IMG/VR virus record: IMGVR_UViG_3300032327_000961
Location: 3,312 to 67,311 of that record
Strand: one strand, 5' to 3'
DNA length: 64,000 nucleotides
DNA from: a virus
Taxonomy: Duplodnaviria > Caudoviricetes
The notes under the pieces were generated by a model. That model was given only the letters and a program-made list of their open reading frames with translations, had not been told where the DNA came from and did no database searches. Positions within the stretch are counted from its first letter, which is position 1; every line of letters starts with the position of its first letter. Of this stretch, positions 10,259-19,649 are shown in pieces. A program made the translations under genes and the position numbers.

Positions 10259-10955
10259 AGAACAATTAGGATTAGATTTTGATTATTATGTTGATGATAA
10301 AACTAAATCTTTAATAGGAGAATCTTGGACTAAAGCTATAGGTAATATTGCTTCTACTGATTTTTTAAATACTATTAGAACTAATTTAAAAGAAGAAAGA
10401 AAGTTATATTCTGTATATCCAAATGTAAATAATATATTTAGATGTTTTACAGAAACTCCTTTTGATAAAGTAAAAGTAGTATTATTAGGACAAGATCCTT
10501 ATTATAATGGTGTTGCTAATGGATTAGCTTTTGCTACTAATAATAGTAAATGTCCTGCATCATTAAAAGTTATGTTACAAGCTGCTAATTCTTCTCTTTT
10601 AAATGGAAAAGATTTTACTTTAACTCAATGGACTGAGCAAGGAGTTTTTCTTTTTAATTGTCAATTAACAGTAAGAGATGGAGAAGCAAACTCTCATAAA
10701 TACTTAGGTTGGCATAAATTAACAAAACAAGTACTTAGAAAATTAGATGAAAAGAAATCAGGAATAGTATTTGTTTTATTAGGAGCAACACCTAGATGTT
10801 TTAAAGATCAACTTAGTAATCCTAAGAATTTAGTGATAGAAGTAGAACACCCTGCTGCATCCTTGTATGATAAAAGGGATTGGGAAGGTAGAAGGTTATT
10901 TGAAAATATAAATTCTTTTTTAGAAAAGAATGATCAAAATAAAATTAATTTTTAA
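10245..10955 (+). CDS. ung: Uracil-DNA glycosylase, family 1
   Basis: VKVVLLGQDPY, GLAF, QGVFLFN and EHPAA signature motifs. Confidence 0.92.
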   Translation: MVKSKEQLGLDFDYYVDDKTKSLIGESWTKAIGNIASTDFLNTIRTNLKEERKLYSVYPNVNNIFRCFTETPFDKVKVVLLGQDPYYNGVANGLAFATNNSKCPASLKVMLQAANSSLLNGKDFTLTQWTEQGVFLFNCQLTVRDGEANSHKYLGWHKLTKQVLRKLDEKKSGIVFVLLGATPRCFKDQLSNPKNLVIEVEHPAASLYDKRDWEGRRLFENINSFLEKNDQNKINF

Positions 10956-10985
10956 TACCTTATTGTGAGTTATAAATAAAATTTG

Positions 10986-10993
10986 TAGTTTTG
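10986..10993 (+). promoter_or_regulatory. Bacteroidota sigma-A-type -7 box (TAnnTTTG)
   Basis: TAGTTTTG(TAT) in the intergenic region, 22 nt upstream of the ATG at 11016. Confidence 0.55.
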
Positions 10994-11015
10994 TATCGAA
11001 CTAATTAAAACTGAT

Positions 11016-11114
11016 ATGAAAACGAAAGCAAAAACTAAGACTAGTGCAGAAAAGGCAATAGCTCAAATTAGAGCTGCTATGTTGTTGATACAAAAGGGTA
11101 TCTACAGCTTTTAA
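11016..11114 (+). CDS. Small 32-aa basic peptide (MKTKAKTKTSAEKAIAQIRAAMLLIQKGIYSF), not in the ORF track
   Basis: Hand-translated ATG..TAA; has its own promoter box, an A-rich leader and a downstream terminator. Confidence 0.5.
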   Translation: MKTKAKTKTSAEKAIAQIRAAMLLIQKGIYSF

Positions 11115-11149
11115 AAATTTGGTTATTTTATTGAGAATAGTATTTAAAA

Positions 11150-11179
11150 TCCCTACTTTCTAAGTAGGGAGTTTTTTTT
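11150..11179 (+). terminator. Intrinsic terminator ending the + strand block
   Basis: TCCCTACTT-TCT-AAGTAGGGA stem followed by a T8 tract. Confidence 0.85.
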
Positions 11180-11186
11180 ACCCACG

Positions 11187-11217
11187 AAAAAACTCTAATA
11201 GAATCTACTAGAGTTTT
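11187..11217 (-). terminator. Intrinsic terminator ending the - strand late block
   Basis: AAAACTCTA...TAGAGTTTT stem with an A-tract on its left (U-tract on the - strand); back-to-back with the + strand terminator. Confidence 0.7.
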
Positions 11218-11250
11218 AATAAACTAATCAAACTAACCAATAATCATTAT

Positions 11251-11736
11251 CTATTTATTTATATAAGTTATAGTAACTTCTTTTCCTGATGCAATAGCCT
11301 TTGCAATAATAGGATATAACTTACAATAAGCTATTTTAGAAGAAGCTACACCTTCTTTACCATCAAAGATTGCAATAGAGTTTCCTACTATTAAACAACC
11401 ATCTGTATCTTTATCGGTATTACCCCAATGGATTAGAACATATTCAAAATTAGGTACATCTTTTATCCATATCAACTTATGATCTGGTAAACTAGGATTT
11501 GAAGTTGTTGTTGCTTCAATAATAAAATCCTTATTTATTACTTTAAAAGATTTACTAAATTTAGGACTATCTCTTAATCCTAATTTATAAGTCCCTGCTG
11601 GAATTGCAGTTTCCCCTTTTACTTTTACTTCTCGTATTTCATCTTCTACTGTATAGCAATGAAGTACATCATCTATAAATAGATGTCCTAAAGTATAATC
11701 TTTAGTTTTCTTGTAGCGTTCTACTCTAATTTTCAT
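11251..11736 (-). CDS. DUF5675-like protein, candidate endolysin
   Basis: TLGHLFID, CYTVED, GETAIPAGTYKL and LIHWGNTDKDTDGCLIVG motifs recognised as DUF5675; last gene of the late block. Confidence 0.65.
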   Translation of the reverse strand: MKIRVERYKKTKDYTLGHLFIDDVLHCYTVEDEIREVKVKGETAIPAGTYKLGLRDSPKFSKSFKVINKDFIIEATTTSNPSLPDHKLIWIKDVPNFEYVLIHWGNTDKDTDGCLIVGNSIAIFDGKEGVASSKIAYCKLYPIIAKAIASGKEVTITYINK

Positions 11737-11749
11737 TTTATTTTACTAT

Positions 11750-11938
11750 TTAAATTAAATTGTTTTTTACTATATATAAAGCTATAGCACTATAATCATA
11801 ATTTAAATTTTGAAAATAGCTTACTGCTTCTTGTAATGTACCTAGAAATACTTGTCTATCATCAGGTACAAATAATTGACCTTCTTCCCCATGTATAAAT
11901 AACACTTCTTGTGTTACATCTGAATATTCAAATTTCAT
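11750..11938 (-). CDS. Small hypothetical protein, possibly a tail-fibre chaperone
   Basis: 62-aa ORF immediately downstream of the largest fibre gene. Confidence 0.5.
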   Translation of the reverse strand: MKFEYSDVTQEVLFIHGEEGQLFVPDDRQVFLGTLQEAVSYFQNLNYDYSAIALYIVKNNLI

Positions 11939-11956
11939 ATTGTTTTTCTTTTTTTT

Positions 11957-14713
11957 TTATAATGTTACAGACCAGTTATATTTTTTAGTTGTAGTAAAAT
12001 CTATATTTTGATTAACTAACACATATGCTACTTTTCTTATTTTTACTAAATCTGAATCTAACATATTAAGTAAATCTCCATCATTTCCTGCTGTTGTAGC
12101 ATTAGCTTGTACATAACCAGTAGGTATAGTTATACCACCTCCTACTTCATTACTAAAACTAAAACTTTTTTGCGCACTACTACTAAATCCTGTATAATTT
12201 GAATATAAATTATATATAGAAGAATATAAAAAAGAAGTATTGCCTACAGGATAAATAGTTCCGCCTATAGTAATTGAATTACAAACTATTCTAGTACCAA
12301 AAGGTAAACTTGTCCAACTATTCCAAATAACGTCATTTGCTTTAAATACTGTTCCCGTACCAGAAACAAAAGTACATCCTACAGGAATACCACTTCCGTA
12401 AATCCATCTATTTGAAGCAGCAGGTAAAGCACCATTTGCAGCAATTCCAGAAATATCAAAATAAGCAATATTTCTTGAACTAGGTAAAGTTATATTTAAA
12501 AAAGAACATCCTGATAAATAAATTCCTCCAGAAATAGTAATATCATTAGCTAAACCTGACAAATCTATTGTCCCAGAACTTAAATTTTGTAAATAAACAT
12601 TATTTCTCAAATCTAAAAGAGTTACAGAAGTAGGTATTCTATTTATAGAAGTACAAGAAGTACCATTAATGAGCAAAGTTGTAATAGTATTAGTAAGAGG
12701 CAAAGTTATCTTTCCATCAATTACGTTAGTAGTATTTATTGTAGTAAAACCAGAATCAGCAATAATTCTTAAAGTAGTTAATGTAGATGAATTTGGTAAT
12801 ATAACAGAAGTAAAATTATAACTAGTTATATTTATTGTAGTTAATGATTTAGAATTTGTAAAATTAAAAGGTCTGGTTTGTTGAGCAAGACCAAACCCAC
12901 CTGTTCCAATAGAACTAGGAGTAATAATAAAGGAAGTTAAATTTATATAATCACTAAAAGATTGAGTAAAATAAAAATAACCTGTAAATGAAGTTATTGA
13001 AATAATACTATAACTAAATAAAATAGGTGTATTATCAAAAAAAGCATCTTGTAAACCTACAGATATAAAAGAACTAGAACTAATTATTAAACTTCCTAAA
13101 GTATAAGAGTTAAGAGTTATTACACCAAAGCCAATAAATTTAATAGAACAACTTGTTATTGTAATAGTAGTATCTACTTTAGATACATCATTTATTCTCA
13201 AAAATAAATTAGTAGAATTAGATACAGTTATACTTTTACAAAAGGTATTATTTAAAGTTAAACTTAAATAAGCAAAAGTTATTCTATTTAAAATTAATTC
13301 TTTTAAAGAACTTCCAGAATAATTAACAAAAGTAGAAGGACTTAATGCAGAATTATCAATATCAATTACGTTTATATAAGAAACACCTTCATAAAAATAA
13401 TTTTGTAAAGTATTAACTTCTGGAAAATTAGATTTTACAATTACAGCATTTCCATTTCTATAAGGTTGTCTATTTGCTGCATCATCATAATAACTTTTAG
13501 GTAATGATTTACCATTTAAAGTATACTGAAACCAACCATCATTGATATAATAACCTCTTTCAGATCTATTTGAAGTAGAGTTTGCAGTAGCATTATTATT
13601 AAAAGAAAATGTACTTAATGGATTTCTTGAAACTAAAAAATCACCGATAATAAAATAAATATTAGAAGTAGTTAATAAAGTTCTAGATATATTATCTAAA
13701 GCTAATCCTTGTCCACCATTATATAATTGTTGAACTTCTGTAAATGTAAAAAGTTGATCTGATTGTTTAGCAACTAAATCAAATAAATTAAAATTTACAT
13801 TTGTCCAGCCTATACTTATAAAAGTAAAATTAGAAGCAAGACTTGTATTAGGTATGATATAAAAAGGTTGATTATTTATTGAAAATGAATAAGCTATTGT
13901 AGGAGAATAATAACCAACACCTAAAGTTTTATAATAAGGATTTATTCCAATAGCAATATGGTAAAGTGTATTTGTAGTAGCAGTAATACCTGTATCTAAA
14001 ACAGGAATAAATAAAAATCCTGATTGAGTACTTACATCTCCAGATGGGGAACTTGTAACAGTTATAGTAGTAGCACTAGTTACAGCAACAACAGTATGTA
14101 CTGCTCGGTCAGTTATTATTTTAGTACCTACTGAAATATTTAAACGTGTATAATCACCACCTCCTGTTAAAACCCCACCTGTAATTGAAATACTACCTAA
14201 AAAAGGTAAATTTGAACCAAAAGGTACTGCTCCTAATTTATTACTTATATCTCCTTCTGAATACATTAAAGTAATAGAAGTATTAGATGAAACTGTAGCA
14301 CCTACTACATATCTTTTATTGTCTATGTATAGCATAGAACCTTTTACTAATCCTAAAGAAAGATAATTACTACCAGTTCCAGTAAGAGTAATAAAAGTAG
14401 ATGTAGATACAGTATGAGTGCCTGGCATATTTCCTGAAAAAGTTGGAAGTGCAGCACTATTAGCTATATTATTTAAAAGTGTGTATAAGACAAACCTATT
14501 TGGGTATGGAGAAACACTAGAATCTTTAACTAAATATTGTCCTTGTGAATTATAAGAACCTCCTTTATTAGTACTAATTAATTGTTCAGCACCAAAAGCT
14601 TCTTTATTAAAAGAAATCCAAAAAGAAAGCGCACTTCTTACAATTGGAATTATGCTTAGCATTCTTTCTCTGATTACTAATCCATAAGACCTAGAAATAT
14701 TAGATTCTATCAT
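11957..14713 (-). CDS. Tail fibre / receptor-binding protein with beta-repeats and LRR-like C-terminal half
   Basis: 918 aa, S/T/I/N-rich; G-T-x-T-V...TGTG fibre repeats; LRR-like segments (LTTLRI, ITTLLIN, VTLLDLRNN). Confidence 0.65.
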   Translation of the reverse strand: MIESNISRSYGLVIRERMLSIIPIVRSALSFWISFNKEAFGAEQLISTNKGGSYNSQGQYLVKDSSVSPYPNRFVLYTLLNNIANSAALPTFSGNMPGTHTVSTSTFITLTGTGSNYLSLGLVKGSMLYIDNKRYVVGATVSSNTSITLMYSEGDISNKLGAVPFGSNLPFLGSISITGGVLTGGGDYTRLNISVGTKIITDRAVHTVVAVTSATTITVTSSPSGDVSTQSGFLFIPVLDTGITATTNTLYHIAIGINPYYKTLGVGYYSPTIAYSFSINNQPFYIIPNTSLASNFTFISIGWTNVNFNLFDLVAKQSDQLFTFTEVQQLYNGGQGLALDNISRTLLTTSNIYFIIGDFLVSRNPLSTFSFNNNATANSTSNRSERGYYINDGWFQYTLNGKSLPKSYYDDAANRQPYRNGNAVIVKSNFPEVNTLQNYFYEGVSYINVIDIDNSALSPSTFVNYSGSSLKELILNRITFAYLSLTLNNTFCKSITVSNSTNLFLRINDVSKVDTTITITSCSIKFIGFGVITLNSYTLGSLIISSSSFISVGLQDAFFDNTPILFSYSIISITSFTGYFYFTQSFSDYINLTSFIITPSSIGTGGFGLAQQTRPFNFTNSKSLTTINITSYNFTSVILPNSSTLTTLRIIADSGFTTINTTNVIDGKITLPLTNTITTLLINGTSCTSINRIPTSVTLLDLRNNVYLQNLSSGTIDLSGLANDITISGGIYLSGCSFLNITLPSSRNIAYFDISGIAANGALPAASNRWIYGSGIPVGCTFVSGTGTVFKANDVIWNSWTSLPFGTRIVCNSITIGGTIYPVGNTSFLYSSIYNLYSNYTGFSSSAQKSFSFSNEVGGGITIPTGYVQANATTAGNDGDLLNMLDSDLVKIRKVAYVLVNQNIDFTTTKKYNWSVTL

Positions 14714-14715
14714 AG

Positions 14716-16356
14716 TTAAAAACTTCTAGGTGTAAAGAAATTAATTAATACTTTAGTAGCTGAAAAAGCTTTTAAACTAATATAGTTAGTTATACCTGAA
14801 ATAAATTGAGAATTAATAATCGTTGTTATTCCTGAAACATTAAAGCTAAAGCTATTAGCTTTAGTTAATGTAGCATTGTAAAAAGTATTTGTATTTCCTG
14901 ATAAACTAGTAGCAAATGTAGTTGTTGCAGTAGTTGTAGTTGGAGTAACTGTTCCAAATAAATTACCAATTCTAAAAGAACTTCCTGCAACTAATCCATT
15001 TGTAAAATCTGCTCCTATTGCAGCTAAAACTATACCTATTCCATTTGAAACACTTGTTCCTGATGCAGTTAAAACTATAACTGTTGTGCTAGTAATACTA
15101 CTTACAGTATAGGTATTTGTATTTATCCAAATTACACTACCTACAGGAGTAGTACTTGTATTAAAACTAGTTCCTACTCCAGTCATTGTAGTTCCACTTA
15201 CAGAAATAGTTCCTGCTAAAGCTGTACCACAAACAACAGTTCCTTGATAAAAATTGTAAGTTCCTGTATAAACTATTTCATTATTTAGAGTACCACTAGT
15301 TCCTACTGCTACGTTTGTAGTTGAAAAAGTAATACCTGCATTTACACCTGTTCCTGAACCTGTTAATATAGTTATGGAAGTATTACTATTTACACTAGAT
15401 ATTCCATAAATATTTCCACTTATAGTAATTGTATTTCCTGCTGAACCTGTTGTAATTCCTAAAGTTGTAAAAAAAGTTCCAGAACCAACTATTGTATTTC
15501 CTCCTGTAACAGTTAAAGTTCCTGTAATTGTACTTGCACAATTAACTTCTAAAATAACTTCTTTACCTATTGCTAAATTACTAAAAGTATCTATTACGAT
15601 ACTACTCCCTTGAGTTAAAGTTACTGTTTGTAATTCTGTATTAAAATTAACAGTAGTAGCAGATTGAGTTGCATTTCTAAAAGTAGCTTGATTAAAATAA
15701 TGTAAATGGTTTATATTAGGTAAATTGGTAGTACTACTTTCAGCATTTGTAACTATATAACTAGAAGCACTTATATCAGCATCTTCTAACATAGTAGTTG
15801 TATTAGCAACTGAACTAATATTTTTTCTAAATAATAATCTATCCGAAGTATTTCTCCATAACTGACCTAATAATGGACTAGAGTTAGTATATTGATTAAA
15901 AATTAAACCTCTTCCTAAAGTTACAAAAGCATTATTAAAAGTAATACTACTAAGAAAAGTTATTGCTGAATTTACTAAAGTACTAGGACTTATAAATTTA
16001 TTAGTTTCAGTACCAGTTGTTATTTCACCAGTAGATGCTCTTACATCAAAAAATTCTAAAGCACTTTCTCCAGAATTAACTCTTACTATTTTTAAACTTT
16101 GTCCTGTATAAGTATCAGGGGTATCAGTTAAATTTAAAAAATTAGTAGTTAAAGTTCCTGTTGGTATAACACTCCAAGTAGTTAAATCAGAAGATAAGAT
16201 ATATAAAGTATTTGTATCTGTTTGATAACATTGCATTCCAGAATATCTAACACCTGCAATAATACTAGTTCTAGCAGAAGAATTAGCAGCTACATATAAA
16301 TAATCTAATGAGTTATTAAAAACTCTAAACAAAGGTTGTTCTATGTTATATGCCAT
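14716..16356 (-). CDS. Tail fibre protein (start probably MAYNIE at 16356)
   Basis: T/G-rich repeats (GTLTVTGGNTIVGSGTFF; GTISVSGTTMTGVGTSF), FLNLTDTPDTYTGQ and ASTGEITTGT..ISPSTL fibre motifs. The ATG at 16356 lies 1 nt after the upstream stop. Confidence 0.75.
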   Translation of the reverse strand: MAYNIEQPLFRVFNNSLDYLYVAANSSARTSIIAGVRYSGMQCYQTDTNTLYILSSDLTTWSVIPTGTLTTNFLNLTDTPDTYTGQSLKIVRVNSGESALEFFDVRASTGEITTGTETNKFISPSTLVNSAITFLSSITFNNAFVTLGRGLIFNQYTNSSPLLGQLWRNTSDRLLFRKNISSVANTTTMLEDADISASSYIVTNAESSTTNLPNINHLHYFNQATFRNATQSATTVNFNTELQTVTLTQGSSIVIDTFSNLAIGKEVILEVNCASTITGTLTVTGGNTIVGSGTFFTTLGITTGSAGNTITISGNIYGISSVNSNTSITILTGSGTGVNAGITFSTTNVAVGTSGTLNNEIVYTGTYNFYQGTVVCGTALAGTISVSGTTMTGVGTSFNTSTTPVGSVIWINTNTYTVSSITSTTVIVLTASGTSVSNGIGIVLAAIGADFTNGLVAGSSFRIGNLFGTVTPTTTTATTTFATSLSGNTNTFYNATLTKANSFSFNVSGITTIINSQFISGITNYISLKAFSATKVLINFFTPRSF

Positions 16357-16357
16357 A

Positions 16358-17680
16358 TTAACTAAATTGATAATTATAAGCACTAGGACTTGTTATAGCA
16401 TAAAAACTATAAACATAATAAGAAATTCCATCTACAGTAACAGTAGTAGGAGTAAAAGAACCAATAGCATTTGTACCTAAAGTATTAATTGCACGAGTTA
16501 AAGAACCTAAACTACTAGGATAACAATAAACAATATATTGATTAGAAGGACTTATATCTCCTGTATTATAATCTTTTACAGTAAATAGGGTTTGTTTTGT
16601 TAATGCTTTTACACCTTCTGAATCAGTAGGTACTGTATCAACAATTTTAAAATATCTATTTCTAATAAAGTTTAATGTTAAACTTTTAATTATAGTACTA
16701 CTTCCACAAATAGCAGTAAAAGTATAAGTACCATTGTTAGTCAATGAAGGACTAAGTGTTTTTGTTCTAGGACTAGTTTCACTAAAGTTAGTTAAATTAG
16801 TTCCAGAAACAGTAAAACTTGATAAAGTATCCCCGTTTAAAGTAACAGAATATGTAAAAGTCATACCTGTTACAGTTGCCCCATATTCTATATTTAAACC
16901 AGAACTTGTTCCACCTGTAAGAGATATACTACTTATACTAAAAGTAGTAGTCGCTGCAATAAAAGGTTTAAATAAAGAAGTCATTACTTGTTCAAAAGTT
17001 TTATTACTTAAATTAGTACCAGAAGTAATTCCTCCTACTGTAATTAAAGTATTTCCAAAACTTCCAGATAAAACAGGACTTGAAGCAGCTATTTCAGCAG
17101 TAACTTGTGTTCTTGTAGGATAATTAGTAGTAAGATAACTAGTTGTAGAATAATTACTTAAAGTAGAAGTTAAAACATAATTGTTTATATTTAATGCTGC
17201 TATTTGACTAGTTACATAACTTTGAGTAGCATAAGTACTTAAATCTGTAACAGGTAGAGCAAAAAAGCCTATTGCTCCAGAATTATTTTTACCATAATAA
17301 TAACTATTTCCTGCTCCTGATATTCCTAAAACTCCTGCTGCTAGAGTTACTATTCCATCATTATTTGGATCATATATACTTTTAAACATATCTCCAAAAT
17401 TACCTTCTGGCTGTGGAGTTAGGACATTAAAAAAAAAAGGAGTTATTAAAGAGTCTAGTCTAATATTATATTTATTAACTATATAAGAAAGTAAAACTTC
17501 TTTTTCATCATTACTTCTTACTGTTCCTTGTAAGATTCCAATGGAAGTTTCTAGTTCACTTATATCATCTGTTTGACATAAACATTTTGCATATTCATAT
17601 TCAATACCTATTTCTTTAGAAATAGAATAAATCTTTTCTATTAGTAAACTAATGTATGAATTAATATTATCTATTAGCAT
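16358..17680 (-). CDS. Tail fibre / tail-associated protein (start probably MLIDN at 17680)
   Basis: GDMFKSIYDPNNDGIV motif common in phage fibres; S/T-rich Ig-like C-terminal part. Confidence 0.7.
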   Translation of the reverse strand: MLIDNINSYISLLIEKIYSISKEIGIEYEYAKCLCQTDDISELETSIGILQGTVRSNDEKEVLLSYIVNKYNIRLDSLITPFFFNVLTPQPEGNFGDMFKSIYDPNNDGIVTLAAGVLGISGAGNSYYYGKNNSGAIGFFALPVTDLSTYATQSYVTSQIAALNINNYVLTSTLSNYSTTSYLTTNYPTRTQVTAEIAASSPVLSGSFGNTLITVGGITSGTNLSNKTFEQVMTSLFKPFIAATTTFSISSISLTGGTSSGLNIEYGATVTGMTFTYSVTLNGDTLSSFTVSGTNLTNFSETSPRTKTLSPSLTNNGTYTFTAICGSSTIIKSLTLNFIRNRYFKIVDTVPTDSEGVKALTKQTLFTVKDYNTGDISPSNQYIVYCYPSSLGSLTRAINTLGTNAIGSFTPTTVTVDGISYYVYSFYAITSPSAYNYQFS

Positions 17681-18294
17681 AAGCAATCCAAACAGTTTTG
17701 GCAATTAGCGGTTAGGGCATCAAATATTTTTTTGGTATTTTCTAAATCATTTTTACCTGATGTAACATACATACCTGAGTAAAGAGAAGCTAAATGGATA
17801 TATTCTTCTGAATCAAATTGAATACCATCCATTATTTTATCACATATATTTTTATTAACTGTTTCTAAACAACTTTTAATATTTACATCATTAATAAAAA
17901 TATATTTTGTTTGTGCAAGTATAAGTGAATTAGCTAATAGTGTAGTATATCCAGTATAATTATCATTTTGAGATCTAAGTGTAGCAATAGTAGTTGATAT
18001 TGTAGTACTTGAATTAAGATATTCAAAAAATATTAACTCATAAACATCTAAACTTAATTCACTAATAATTGTATCACTATAAGCATCTGAATGATAAGTT
18101 AAATCAACAGTAGTATATTTATTATTTGTACCAATAGTTCTATAAAGTAAAACTAAAGTTACAGTATTTCTAGCAGGATTAGGGGTATTATAACCACCTA
18201 AGTTTGTACTAGAATAAACACCAGTACTATCTAAGGCAGCTAATGTTTTACTATTATTAGTAAGAGTAAAAGTAAACTTTAATGATAGAGCCAT
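17674..18294 (-). CDS. Putative tail-associated structural protein
   Basis: DSTGVYSSTNLGGYNTPNP N-terminal motif and Cys-rich C-terminus (NCQNCLDCLC), inside the tail gene cluster. Confidence 0.55.
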   Translation of the reverse strand: MALSLKFTFTLTNNSKTLAALDSTGVYSSTNLGGYNTPNPARNTVTLVLLYRTIGTNNKYTTVDLTYHSDAYSDTIISELSLDVYELIFFEYLNSSTTISTTIATLRSQNDNYTGYTTLLANSLILAQTKYIFINDVNIKSCLETVNKNICDKIMDGIQFDSEEYIHLASLYSGMYVTSGKNDLENTKKIFDALTANCQNCLDCLC

Positions 18295-18518
18295 TACAAA
18301 TAATTTTTAGTAATAAAGTTTGATACTCTTTCTATTTCAGGAGTATCTTGTCTTGTATATACATAATACATCCTAGCTTTAAAAGTTTTTAAATTATGTA
18401 AAGTTGTAGTATGTTTATCTTTAATTTTATCAACTGTATCTTTTGATATTTGAATCAAAAGTTGATACTCTTTTGTTGATATATTTGCTATTAAACCATT
18501 ATATTCTGTAGAAGTCAT
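18294..18518 (-). CDS. Small hypothetical protein (start probably MTSTEY at 18518)
   Basis: The in-frame ATG at 18518 overlaps the upstream stop; the longer N-terminal extension in the track is probably not translated. Confidence 0.55.
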   Translation of the reverse strand: MTSTEYNGLIANISTKEYQLLIQISKDTVDKIKDKHTTTLHNLKTFKARMYYVYTRQDTPEIERVSNFITKNYL

Positions 18519-19036
18519 TTTTTTATTAATAAAATAATAAATAAGGTTAAAGATAATACAAAAGCAAAAAACCAAATATCTCTATACCATTCCATTTCTT
18601 TATAAACCTTAATCTGTTTAACATCTATATTAGTTTGTGGTTTTTTTATATCAAATATGAAATTATTTTTGTTATCCATACCAAGTTTGATTGTATAACC
18701 ATCTTTATATAAAGTAGTATCTTTAATACGATTGACATAAATCAATTTTTCTTTTATGTTTGTTAGTCTTTTTTTAATTGCTTCTTTTTTTTCTTTTGAC
18801 AAACAAGTATCGTTTACTACTATTGTTTCAACAGTATCTAAATCACTTATAATTATAGTTTTTATAAAAGTATCTGCTTTTATTGTATCATGAATTGATA
18901 CAGCAGGTATTTTAGTTTTTAAACTATCAAGTAATTCTGGATGGTTTTTCAACAAGTTACTTAGTCTTTTTTGAGGAGAACAACTTGTAAACAAACATCC
19001 GAAAATTATTAAAAAACTTAGAATAATCTTTACCAC
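18515..19036 (-). CDS. Unimolecular spanin (u-spanin)-like lipoprotein
   Basis: N-terminal signal with lipobox (FGCLFTSC-SPQ) plus a C-terminal transmembrane helix (WFFAFVLSLTLFIILLIKK); next to holin-like genes. Confidence 0.7.
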   Translation of the reverse strand: MVKIILSFLIIFGCLFTSCSPQKRLSNLLKNHPELLDSLKTKIPAVSIHDTIKADTFIKTIIISDLDTVETIVVNDTCLSKEKKEAIKKRLTNIKEKLIYVNRIKDTTLYKDGYTIKLGMDNKNNFIFDIKKPQTNIDVKQIKVYKEMEWYRDIWFFAFVLSLTLFIILLIKK

Positions 19037-19277
19037 TTGTTTTTATAAATTTAGCAATAGCATTCAAAGCATTAAACAATGAAACTATTAAGGTTAATAA
19101 AATTATTATAATATTAGCAACATCTTTAGCTTGAGATATATCTATTACAAATATATTCATTGCCATAGAAGAGATAAATCCTACTACAATAGAATTTATA
19201 TTGTGAACAAAAACAGATAAAATACCTAATATTTGGAGTACCAATCCCAATTCATTATTATCATTACTCTGGTGCAT
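18957..19277 (-). CDS. Membrane protein, holin/antiholin candidate (start probably at 19277)
   Basis: Two to three hydrophobic segments and a basic C-terminus; lies between the holin-like gene and the spanin. Confidence 0.55.
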   Translation of the reverse strand: MHQSNDNNELGLVLQILGILSVFVHNINSIVVGFISSMAMNIFVIDISQAKDVANIIIILLTLIVSLFNALNAIAKFIKTSGKDYSKFFNNFRMFVYKLFSSKKTK

Positions 19278-19638
19278 TTCCTGTTCTTGATTCAGTTGAT
19301 GATGTTGAAGTTTTAATTTCTTCTGTTGTAGTCTTAAATATTCCATTTTTAATATTTATTGCCTGCTCTGCTAATCTTTGAGCTAGTAAAACTCCGATTA
19401 AAGATAAGAATGTAATTGTATCAACTAATAAATATTTAAAACTTAAATCAGATGTTATTACTGGATCTGAATAGTTATTTACTAAATCATAATGTAAATA
19501 AGCAATTAAAACAAAAAAAGATAGACCTGCTAATTTTCTATAAGCAAAATCAGAACCGCTTGTTTCTTTACTTGACAAAGAACCCAATACTCTAGGCAAT
19601 ACCCCTTTAATAGTTTCCCACATAGTGTTGTTTTTCAA
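19264..19638 (-). CDS. Holin-like membrane protein
   Basis: Two hydrophobic helices (LAGLSFFVLIAYL; YLLVDTITFLSLIGVLL) and a hydrophilic tail. Confidence 0.55.
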   Translation of the reverse strand: MKNNTMWETIKGVLPRVLGSLSSKETSGSDFAYRKLAGLSFFVLIAYLHYDLVNNYSDPVITSDLSFKYLLVDTITFLSLIGVLLAQRLAEQAINIKNGIFKTTTEEIKTSTSSTESRTGNAPE

Positions 19639-19649
19639 GTACTTATATA

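Noticed and set aside
11957-17704. Diversity-generating retroelement or invertible cassette acting on tail fibres
   Set aside because: No reverse transcriptase, recombinase or nucleotide-level template/variable repeat pair is visible in this window.
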